DNA of 64,000 nucleotides from Asterias rubens. Taxonomy: Eukaryota. Below the pieces are notes generated by a model. That model was not told where the DNA came from. It did no database searches and saw only the letters and a list, made by a program, of their open reading frames with translations. The stretch covers positions 21,390,001 through 21,454,000 of the forward strand of contig NC_047065.1 in the NCBI RefSeq assembly GCF_902459465.1. Direction: 5' to 3'. Within the stretch, counting starts at the first letter, position 1. Every line of letters begins with the position of its first letter. This document shows, piece by piece, positions 23,013 through 34,681 of the stretch. The position numbers and the translations under genes were made by a program.

Positions 23013-26000
23013 CTGAAGGCCCAGGGAATGCACAAACCCCTCTTTTTTTTGCAAACAAGGTGACATAGTCTATACAGTAGTTACAATATCATTAATATTC
23101 CCAACATTTTAAATAAACATTTTAAAGACCTACTAAACTTTCTGAAAGCAGGAAAAATAGCAAATTATTCCCAAATAAAACTTTTCTTCTTGAAGTGAAA
23201 ACCTTTAATAATGGAAGTGGAATGATTGAATCTTTAAGTATACTATTCATTCTTACAATATAATCACATTTTACACAACTTTCATAAATGTTATATTTCA
23301 CATACGCTTTTTTGTAAAATATCTTAGATATAATATGTACAGGTAAATTACACATGCATTCATAATTTATATTAAGGTTCATTTTAAACATAGACTGGAT
23401 TCAGTCATTTGTCATTTTAAAAAACAATTATAGCTTTGCACTGTCAGTTTCAAATGTCAGAATCAACATTGGCAGACAATGAATGATAATCCATTTAAAA
23501 CAAAAAAAAAGAATTAAACAAAAATCCAGGTAAAACAAAATAATTATGCCGGTGCTCTTTTATACACAGTCCCAGCAAATCTTAATCACAGGCAAAGCCC
23601 TTGAATTTTTTTTCTGAAGAAGAACCGAGTGCACGTTTGAAACATCAAGAACAAAACCACGGCTCTTCGCTGAGTCACCACTAGCCTCGATTCAAGGGTG
23701 TTGGCGTAGTGTGCCCCCGGCCCGGTGCGCGGCACGATTCGGCAACAAAAACTGCACGCAGTGTATACACCAACATTGTATACATTGCATGTGCAGTACA
23801 TTGTACAGCGAGAACAGTATAGCGTAGTCATGAGTACGGTCGTGTCTTCAACCTCGTGCGTGTGGCTCAAACAACTTAGAAAGTACTCATGTACCCTAGT
23901 GTACCGTACAGATGGTACATGTACATGTACAGTATGTGTATATACGCTGTACACGTATTATATGCACGCTTTGTGTTGCATGTATGTATGGGGGGTGCGC
24001 TGGCGGAATTCAGTGATGAGGACTGGGATTTTGCAGGTCACTGCTGGCTGGAGCGCCTTGATCAAGACTAAGCCACCACTCACTTCCCTACTAGACATGT
24101 CTAACAAACATCTTGAAAATAATTGAAATGGACAGCCATTTACAAAAAACCAATGGCAAGAGATACAAGTTTTTTTTCATGGACAGAAATATTTGTTTAC
24201 GTTTTTTGGGGGGGAACTGTGAGAACGTTAAGCCAAGGGTGCTTGATTGTTGGTGGAGTGCAGATCGGACACATAAGTACTACAATAAACAAAACTTGTA
24301 GAACTATTATGTAGTATTGGTCTGCGATACCACCAAGGACACAAGCTTACCCTGCCCAGGTTCGTTAACTGTCCTACTGGTGACTTTTTCCAGAAAGTTT
24401 GAAACCAGTTTCCTGCAGGGATTGTGTATAGTTGCATAATTCTGCACAGAACTGGATTTTGTGTTGAGTGTAGCCCACGTGATATAATACAGGCAAGCAT
24501 ATAGTTTACTCATGGTTTATCCATCATACCATAGAGGTACAAAAACCATACAAAACCACAGCAGGTAGTCATTGAATGGTCAGTCAGTAGGAGGGTCATT
24601 ACACAAATATATATATCGGTCAATAAAAAGCGACCTCGTCAATATCATTCAACTTCTTCAGTTTGGTGATCAACCCATCATAAAAAGAAAGCACACAAGT
24701 TTCATCTTTCAAACGAATTTCATCTTTTTACATCTGCCTGGTGAAACTAAAAGATGTAGTATTTTGCATCAGGTATTTCATTTCTGATAGCCATGAAAAA
24801 CTGATATATAGGAAAACTGCCAACTTAGAGCTAGACTTGCTCTATGATTGTCAGAGCAGACACATTATTCAGGAGGCTGCAGGTTCAATTTTCCTTTGTT
24901 TGCACAAAATAACATGTTAATTTATCCAGTCAGTTTCCCTTGTGGTATATATCTTGAACAAAAGTTTCTATCATAGGAGCAGAAATTATAATTTGGTTCC
25001 ATTGAATAAGAAAAAAACGGTTTTGAGAAAATCACTATAAATCTTCACGCAATTTTTCTTTTCATCTTGTGCATTATGCTAAACAGATGTCGCTGCTTTT
25101 CCACAGAGCTATCAACTGTGATCAGAAAGAAATATCATAATATATCATAACATAACAAAATATGTCATATGTAAGATACATTCCACCACATTCTTAAACT
25201 TTTTGAGAGAAGGGAAAACTAGAATTTGAACATTTGTAAAATTTATTTCCATTACAAAACCTTATAATGTTAGTCCTTTGCCTGAACAAAGTTATTGATG
25301 CAAATAAAAAGTTTGGAAGTTGGCAGGAACAGACTATAGCACAAGTTTTACTTTGGTACAAACTATTCAATTAATTTGTGGTGATATTGGTAACCCTGAA
25401 TTGGCTCCCGGCAGTTGCAGACTGGAGGGCTACAAGCACATGTCTAAAGACCATGGGCTGAGAGGCAAAAATAATTATATTTATAAAAGAGTTTAATTTC
25501 GTTGTTCACCTCTGGGCGATACCCACGTTAAATTGAAGGTAAAAATACAAAATCTTGAGTGGCAGTTGATCTCTTCGGCAGTTGTGAAAAGACAACTTGA
25601 ACTTTATAAGTGGAGTTCCGGCCATTTCCATCACACCCGTGACTAGATTTCCACCACTTCCGAAAATCAAAACACATGGACATAATGTCAATCATGTTTA
25701 TTTGCAGTTAGGTTAGTGGTTTGATTATCACAACTCAGGCCTGATACTTCACAAGGCAACAAAGGTGATTACCTCAATGCCCCCCTGGTCATTGCCTTGG
25801 TGCCCTTAAACTAATTCATTAAAGAACCAAGCATACAGGCATGGCAACTACACTTTGAAGGTTAGAGTTTGAGATGCCTTACCAGACTTTAAGTACATGT
25901 TGTTGTTGTCAAAATGTTTTGAAAAGTTTGGTCAATAATACCATGGAGGAATGAAACGAAGGAGTATGAACGGCCCGCCAAACCGCAGAGTAACAAAAGA

Positions 26001-27460
26001 AAACCCTTACAATAGCCCCTGTCTGACCAGTGGAAAAAGATAGGAGACCTCCAGCTGGACGGCCGATTAACGAGCAGGATTAGATCTCTTTGTACATAAG
26101 GTGTGGTACCGCCACTCTGCACTGTTGCCTTCGTGTAAAGTTGAATCATTGGAGACAAGAATTGTGAATATACACTTCTTCATTACCGTTTGTGGTGTTT
26201 TCATGGAAATATCATAGCATATTTTTACATTTTTTGCAACTTTCCGGTCACTAGCGGTGGGTCAGAATTTGGGTATAAGCACCAAGGGTGGTTGGTATTC
26301 AATTGTGTTCATCGTTTAGGTGTCCGATAGCGTCCAAAAATGTTATCGCGTTTAAAAAAAAGTAGTTTTACTTTATTATATCCATACAACATACGACCCC
26401 ATAGTTTGGTGAAAACCAAGTGCGCACACGCAAACTCACACACGCCAGGTCGCCCATTGTTTGTGTAAGGTTTGTGGGTGATTACGAGGTTTGACTTTTG
26501 AAGTCCCTTCGTTCGAACTCCTTCTCTTCCTTCCTCCATGATAATACTGTTCTTAATTTTGATTTGAGAGCATGCAAAGTATATGTACAAGAACAATCGC
26601 CATTATGTCTACAATGCAGTAAAAAACTTATACTTTTCTTCTTGTTAGCGCCTTGAGAATACCTTGGGTGGGTATGTTTTTGCGCATTATAAATGTCCTC
26701 ATTATTATTATATTATTTTCAAAAAAATATCTGTAGAAACAGACAATTTCTCCTAAAACGTCATTTTTATGGATACTTCGAGGTCTGTTCTAATTGCATA
26801 ATTTTAAATCACTTTTTATCTTTGATCCATCATTTATTGTAGGCAGTTCAAACTTTGAAGGGACCGTTGATTCTTTCAATGACCTATAGGATGAACTACC
26901 TAAGGGCCAAACTTCATAGAGCTGCCTAAGCACAAAAACTAGCTACTACCCCCATCACACCGAACTCGTTCTCACTACATTCTGAAAAATGTAGTCTCGG
27001 TTCAAGACAATAGTAATATGCGCCGCGAGTGGGGATCGCGATAGTTGAGTTAAATGTGAATAACAACAAGACCACATTCTTCAAAACATAGTGAGAAAAA
27101 GTTCAGTTCGATGGGGGTATCAGCACAACAAAATCATGCTTACCAGGTTACCAGCCCAAAAAACACGTCACATGCACCAACTTTGACTGGTTTACTGCCT
27201 ATTCTTGCTTAGCACAAACTTGGTCAGCCAAATTGTCTCTATGAAGTTGGACCCAGGATGAAATAGTTAACATCAAAAGTCTCTCACATGAGACGTGTGA
27301 TTGTCAAGCTTTATATTACCTGATGACAGCGGGATCCCTCAAACTTTAACATTCAGTTCCGACCTCATGTTAAAAAGATACATTTGAGTGGCAGTAAAGT
27401 TCGGTACGCACACATTTTGAGAATATAGATGCTGACATTACAGGTGCGGTGTATTCGGTG

Positions 27461-28698
27461 TTAATATAAACAGCAACTCCTCTTCTTTGGCTGTGTCCTT
27501 TGTCTCCTAAGCTGAACTGTGTCTGTAGAGTTGTACGGCAAGACAGACTCTGCAGGTAACCGCTCACCTAGAAGAGGACAAATAAACCCAAATGTTACAT
27601 AGTTTTCAATACTTGTTTTGTGTTTTTATCTAGTGCCATTTGTCTAGTGCCATTTGCCGTTAATATATGACAGCTGTTTTTATTAAAGTTTAATAATTGA
27701 TTTTTAAATGTAGCACTTTGTCACAGCCCAACGACTGTATCAAAGTGCTTCTGACATTATTACCCCCGAGCACTGGGCCATTAATTTGATTCCTTAAACC
27801 ATCTCAGCTCCCTGGGGAGTATACAACCGGCTCCAAGCGAATCATTCACTTAAACCATCTCTGCCCTCACAGGTACCCATTTTACCCCCGGGCGGAGAGA
27901 ACCAATTACAGTTAAGTGTCTTGCTCAGGAACACAAGAGTCACAACTGGGATTCGAACACACATCCCGATGACTTAACCACCATATCTTAAGTCCTATGC
28001 TCTTATAGCACTCGGCCACGACACCCTACAGTTGGTATAGCACCGGCACTTTATTCCAGAGGTTGCAGGTTTAAGTCCTGCTCTGGAGGTCAATTGTTCT
28101 TGGTTCAACCACAAACAATTCAAAATTTACCCAGTCAGTGTCACTTGTGGTTTACAACTTGATAACTTACTTATTTTGAGGAACAAATCTTTAATATTTT
28201 CAGCTGTTTTGGCGCTTGTTTCTGTGAACACAGCTCCGATATCTTGTGCATAGTCCATGGCTGTTCTTGTCTCCACTTCTCTAAGGTCAGCCATGTCAAA
28301 CTTGTTCCCTGCGATGGCTATAACTATGTTCTCTGGGCCGTGCTGCTGGAGTTCTCGTATCCAATCCCTGACCTTTACAAAAGAGATCTGAAGCAGGGAA
28401 GAAAAAAAATCTACATTTTGTGTTCACTCATCCTTGGAACTCATCCATCTATTAACCCTCCTAACTGTGTGACCATTTATTAACATCCACTGTGGCTTTG
28501 AATGCAACTATGCCAGCCTAAAGTATGACACTTAAATTATGACGCATAAAACTACACAGTACACAGTCAACCCTCCTACTGCCTGACCATTTAATACCAC
28601 ACACTGTTGTTTTGAATTATATTTATTATGACATAATGTGGTGAATGCATACTACACAATACACAGTCAACCCTCCTAATGTGTGACCATTGAATTTC

Positions 28699-28732
<34 letters not shown>

Positions 28733-31700
28733 GACTTGTAATGCGCACATATCCACCCTGCTGGGTGTTCAAGGCGCAGTAAAACCAAAAACAAAATAAA
28801 AACAAAACACAACACAAAGAAAAACAGACACAACAAAATTAGTCATTGAAAACCTGTGACATAAGATAAGTTTTGAGAAGAGACTTGAATTTTGCAGCAC
28901 AAAGACAAGATCGAAGATTAAGTGGTAGAGAGTTCCAGATGCGTGGCGCGGCTGAAAAAAAAGACCTGTCACCCCATGAGTGTCGAGACTTGGGTTCAAT
29001 GAGGAGAAGCATAGAACTTGATCGAAGATTCCTTGATGGAGTGTAAACTTGAAGCAGTTCAGAAATATAGTGGGGAGCCTTGCCATTAAGAGCTTTGTGG
29101 ACAATGAGCATCAGCTTGAAGATGATTCGTTGAGAGATAGGGAGCCAGTGTAGTTGTTTCAGAATGGGGGTGATAGAACAGGATTTTCTAGACAGTGTCA
29201 CAATGCGGGCAGCAGTATTTTGGAGCCGTTGAAGTCTGGAAATCTGGTTGTTAGGAAGACTGTAGAGAAGAGCATCCACTTGTTTTGAATGAAACTATGC
29301 CAGCCTTAAATATAATATTGTATGGTGTATGAATCTACACAGTACACAGTCAACCCTCCTACTGTCTGACCATTAAATACCACACACTGTGGTTTTGATT
29401 GATGTTTTGCCAGTCTGCAATATTATATCATGTGGTGAATGCATCTACACAGTACACAGTCAACCCTCCTACTGTCTGATCATTTTAATGTGTGTGGTAC
29501 TTAAAAGTACCACACACTATTGTTTTGAATAATATTTTGCCACCATGGTGTGCTTTGAGAAGTGTGTTTTACACTAACCTAGTAAAGTACCGAATGGGAT
29601 TGACAGAGTATCTTGAAGGTATGAGTACATGTATATACCGTATTGAATAACCGCTTTTTCGCTATGAAAGTCGCCATCATGTATGGCAAACCATATGAAG
29701 CACGCAGCACGCAGCATTCCCGGTTTGATTTCTACGGCACATAATGAAGGTCAGATATTTGAACGGTGACATCTTATTCAATACGGTCTATACGCAAAAA
29801 ACACTAATAGAGTAATCACCTGACTCGTGATGTCATACACGATAACGGCAGCTGCTGCTCCTCGATAATACATCGGGGCGAGACCACGATACTGAAATAT
29901 ATAATAATGATAAGCAATTTGAGAGACCTGTAAATAAAGTACTATATACACCAACATTATTATTTATTTTAAATACTTTCTGACCAGGCTGACTACCTGT
30001 GATTGTGACAGAGCATTGGATATGAGTTGGCTCCTTAATTGCAACAAAAATACAAAAAGATCAACTTTTTTAACCATTTGGTGAATTTTTCTTGTCTTTG
30101 TCAAAGAAAGGTTTGAAAACAAATTCAGCTATCTATTCTTACCTTTTCTTGACCCGCAGTATCCCAGATTTGGAATTTGAATGATTTTTCTCCCACGGAT
30201 ATTGTTTTGGACATGAATGATGCACTGCAAAAAGAAAATATTAACTATTAACATTTAATCAGACAAACTAAATAGTCAATTTCATTGTACAAACAACTTT
30301 GTTCTGGGAATTTTCCTCATTAAGTAGGAACAACATGCCATTATTCCAACAGGGAGAAAAAGAAAAAGTGGTGATTACCCTGGGCATGCTCAGTTTTCTA
30401 GCAGTTTTAAAGACATCTCTCTAGAATACAGAAGGTCATGGGTTTGAATCTCGCCCAGGGAGCATAGATTGTTTTACAACAGGGCTAAAAAAAAAGCACT
30501 GCCTAAAAAATTGGTTTAAGCAGTGCTGATTATATAGGGGGCTAAAGGGGGTGAACCATTTTTTTTGTTTAGGTTAGTCCAGACTTGCCGACAGTGAAAA
30601 ATATAGTTTCCTTTTGCTTTCCTCTTTTAAAACAAGCCAATGTTTAGCGCTCTTACTATGCCATTTGCAAATTTTTATAAGATAATCTGACGCAAGTGTA
30701 AAAACAAATTGTCTGCATGTAAATGGAAAAGTGTAACATTTTACGCTGTTAATTTAGATTCTCAAAATCCAGAATGGGGTGGGGGGCACAGAAACCAATG
30801 ACAACCCCCCCCCCCCCCACCACCATATATCCTAGTTACACCATGTCGTAAGGGTAAAACAGTTTCATAGCGTGGATTTTGGATTTCAAAATAACGGACT
30901 ACTACCTAGGGTCTAGTTGTGATATTGTTGATAAGGTAACCCTCCTGGTTACGTTATCGCAACGACCTAGGGTCTTACTCTTACCCTATAGTTGGAGGAA
31001 TAGAGTCTTGGTATGAATCACAAACAAAACGCTGCACAATGCTGGACTTTCCTACTCCAGAATCCTGAGGAAGAAACAAAATTAGCTTTCAATTAAGAAT
31101 GTAACTTCCAACGATGGCTTAGGGTAACCTTGATTGCCCAGCATCAACTAGTTGTGATAACGTAACCCTCCTCCCGACGGCGAAGGAGGGTTACATTATC
31201 GTAACTAAGCATCAACTTGAAAAGGATCTTATTCGGTGTTCAGCCTAAAAAATCAACAAGTGGTCGGAACAGCTGTCTCACCATGGTTGAATGAATCATA
31301 CACGCAAAAACGCTTTGGATAACTTTCCGTATGGCGCCACCACTTTTTCACTCATTTTTACAAAAAGGGATTTATCATTGAGGTAAATAAGATACTATAT
31401 TATTTCATATCGGATGAAAAAGTGGTGGCGCCATACGGAAACTTTTCCAACGCTTTGACCAATGTCATGACTAATCTTAAACATGATTCTGGTCAAGGTC
31501 GCCATAACATGAGCTTCACATGAAGCGTGCCTTTGCGTTTATTCCAAGTAGATCTGTGGGAAAAGTGCGTATATTCGAGTTACTGAGCTGAATGTCATTG
31601 AATGAGGCTACTTCTACAGTACAAGACAAAACAATGACCGAAGCTCAATCATACAGATACAGTTAGAAGCTAGAACTTTAAAAAAGAATGATGATTTGAT

Positions 31701-32000
31701 AGGCCTTCTCAAAATCAGTCTAAAACTCTAAATAAAACGGAGAACTCATCTAACCCCCCTAAACTAAAGAGTAAAATTAAAATAAAATAATGTATTTCCT
31801 TCTCTCTCTGGTGGCTCTGACTTTCTTACTTGTTGTGATAAAACTCAATCATCCTAAATTATGCTTCAACCAAACAAATCAACATTTCTCGTAGTTTTCC
31901 CCCTCAATATTTCCGCAAAATGTGAAATCTGGGAAGAAGGGGCGGGGCTAAGAAGGAAACTTACCCCCAGCAAGCAGAGTTTGACTTCTCGCATAGCCAT
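27461..32000 (-). CDS. RAB22: Rab22/Rab31-family small GTPase (Rab5 group), 197 aa
   Basis: Exons 32000-31965, 31064-30985, 30224-30143, 29891-29820, 28387-28171, 27567-27461 (594 nt, all GT-AG). G1 GDSGVGKS, G2 PTIG, G3 WDTAGQE, G4 GNKFD, G5 ETSAK; YYRGAAAAVIVYDIT, ELQQHGPENIVIAIAGNK; C-terminal KKRSCCLY prenylation motif. Co-orthologue of RAB22A/RAB31. Confidence 0.93.
27720..28025 (-). mobile_element. tRNA-derived SINE in Rab intron 5
   Basis: The - strand begins GGGTGTCGTGGCCGAGTG...TGTGTTCGAATCCCAG, then CCTGAGCAAGACACTTAAC and AAAATGGGTACC. Related pieces at ~7560-7740, 35670-35790, 45990-46230. Confidence 0.6.
28452..29530. repeat. ~105-bp degenerate minisatellite interrupted by the L2 fragment
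   Basis: ACACAGTACACAGTCAACCCTCCTACTG.CTGACCATT units at ~28555, 28655, 29337, 29447. Confidence 0.65.
28700..29279 (-). mobile_element. 3' fragment of an L2-clade LINE in Rab intron 4
   Basis: LQRLQNTAARIV...ITPILKQLHWLPISQRIIFKL...GDRSFFSAAPRIWNSLP...FKSLLKTYL*, followed by a 3' UTR and an (ATT)n tail at 28700-28732. Confidence 0.88.
31317..31448. mobile_element. ~132-bp GG...CC MITE with 8-bp TSD (family D, Merlin- or hAT-like)
   Basis: TIR GGATAACTTTCCGTATGGCGCCACCACTTTTTCA; TSD AACGCTTT on both sides. Confidence 0.85.
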
Positions 32001-33141
32001 AATTGACTTTTTATTTCAGCAGCAGTTGCCTCCTCATGACCTCATCATAGATTACAACTCACCACCAAACAGGCAATACAAACAACTTTAGGAAGCCAAT
32101 TTAGTACAGAAATATTAACCTTGTTGAGCATAAACAGATAAATATTAAACTTTCTTGGCAGTTCTAGCAGGTTTCTGTGATAAGGCAGACCCGTTTATCA
32201 TCAGTGTTTCCGTTCACTGATTTTACACGGTGTAATTGGTGGTCTGGTACCTAGAGACAGCAACAGCTTGAAAACTGTTGTCAAAGATTGAAACCATGGT
32301 CTCCGACTATTCAGATGTTGATCTTTCATCTGACAAATGTAACTTGCAGTTCGTGTCAAAAAGTAACTTGTTCGTTGAGGTAGAATATCCTATTTTTGTG
32401 TATACTTATGAAAATGTTATGGTATTTTATGGGTTTTCACTTTTTAAAAACTGTTATTTATCACACACACAAATTATAGCTTCACGAACTGATTAATTTT
32501 TAAAATCGACTTCATCTATACGTTTTTGACAAATTTATCGAAGTTGCGCAAAATGAGTGAATCACTCGGCCATTGTTGAACACGCCCCCCACACCAATTA
32601 TGACAAAACTTTCTACCGCAATGAATAATTCAATTCTATAATTAGTAACCCTATGAATGATAGTAACTGGGGAAATTTAAATGAATTATATAAAAGCAAC
32701 GCAGGAAATTACCATGGTAATTGTCTACACCACCCGCAACCAAAAATAGCCATGCCAGTATTTAGCAATTTGGCTTTCAATAATTTAGGCCCTTGTTTAT
32801 AAAAGTACATTTTGTGCTTTGGTAATTTTTTTCAAAACTATTTCTTCATTAAAAAAGTGTGACACAAATTAAGCATTAATAATATTTACCAGAACTGGGT
32901 TGTTTTTGCGCAACATTGGTGAGAATGAAAACGTAAAATTTTCACAAATTTTCACTGGTTAAATTGTAAGAAAATGGTCAAGGTGGAAATGCTTCCATGG
33001 AAATAGTTTTGTCAGAAATGCCAAACTTTTAGGAAAATATGTAAAACCATGAGTTCTGATCTAGGTCCCAAACCAAATGTTTGAAGACAGTGAAAAGGGG
33101 TGTTTTTCACTACTTTTTTGCGACTCAGATGACAAATTAGC

Positions 33142-33501
33142 TTAAAGCCATTGGACACTTTCCGTAAACTTCAAAGGCCCACACTTCGTGTATCACAACT
33201 TAAATATAAAATGACGACCCTGTGAAAATTTAGGCTCAATCGGTCATCGGAGTCGGGAGAAAATAACGGGAATACCCACCCTTGTTTCCGCACGTTTCGC
33301 CGTGTCATGACATGTGTTTAAAATAAATTTGTAATTCTCGCTATCAAGAATTGATAATTGTTCTAATGTTTTCTCAAAAAGTAAAGCATTTCATGGAATA
33401 TTTCAAGAGAAGTTTTTCACTATTACCTTCTGTAAACCCTGTGAGTTATTTGTAAATCTGTAAAAAAAAAATTCTGTTCCAAAAGTGTATAATGGCTTTA
33501 A
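33142..33501 (+). mobile_element. MITE family B copy
   Basis: TIRs and TTAA flanks. Confidence 0.85.
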
Positions 33502-34681
33502 AGATTAAGTTGCACACATACTTCAAAAACCAAAAACAACCAAACATACGTCAGACGTAACTATGTAAACAACACAATCCAAACAGACACAAACTCCAAG
33601 ATTTTTTTTACAATTTCAATAATAACATTTCAATTTGTTCAAATAAATGAGAATAACTACAGGATCTGAGTGAAGTCAACAATCAAACTGTGGTTTTATT
33701 TCAAACTGTAGTTGTATAACTAAATCAAACACAGCACAGCATTAATATGATTATTGATAAAAGAAATAAACATCATTAGTAATTGGAAAATGATAAAGGC
33801 CGCCATTTCTTAATGACCAAGAATTAACATGGACTTTCATAGCCGTCATACTTTGTGTATTGGAAGAGGTAATGACCAGGGCCCGATTTCATGAAATTGC
33901 TAAAGATAAAGAAGATGCTAAGCACAACAAAATTATGCTTACCAAAGTGAGGTAACCAGCCAAACTACCATGTACATGTACCATTTGTGACTGGTATCCT
34001 GCTCATTTCTGCAAAGCAGAAAATTGTCCAAGCAATGTAATTGGAACCTGGCCCAATGTCATCGATCTACTTATAAATAGGAATAACTATTACCAGCCAA
34101 AAAATCGTTCCTTGTGACTGGTATCCTGCTTATATTTTTGCATAGCAGAACATTTTTATTTTGTCACTATTTGCTGGTTATGCAGATCTCTGAGAAATTG
34201 GGCCCGCCAGTCCATCTAAAAGACTTATTTATTCAACATTATGACCGCATAGCCATAAATGCTTGATTCAGATGAGATTTTGACAATTTGGTTATAACCT
34301 GTATCTCATTGTTGTTTTGACACCCCGTCCCTACTATCTCAAACCTTTTCCGCTTATCCTAAATTAATGCAATCCTTCAAGCTTTTTTGGTAGTCTAGTA
34401 ATTACCACATCACCCTATCAATTTGTGAAAAATCCTAGTGTCCAATATAACTGAAAGGTATTAAAAACATGTCATGTCAAACCCAAACTCAAGCTAAATT
34501 ACCCTCCTGCTCCTGTTTGCTTGTTACCTAACCTTTACATTTTCAATCAAGCAGGGGGAGCAAAGACCACAAAGTGAAACACAACGGATTGATTCAAGTT
34601 AAAGTAAAATGACTCCATAATTGTTATTTACAGGACAGTGATGTCATATCCTATTAAAGGTCAGAGGTCATATGTCAAAGG

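Noticed and set aside
24350-25460. Patchy resemblance of minus-strand peptides to SPO16/C1orf146
   Set aside because: The similar-looking pieces are not collinear with the recalled protein, so no name was assigned.
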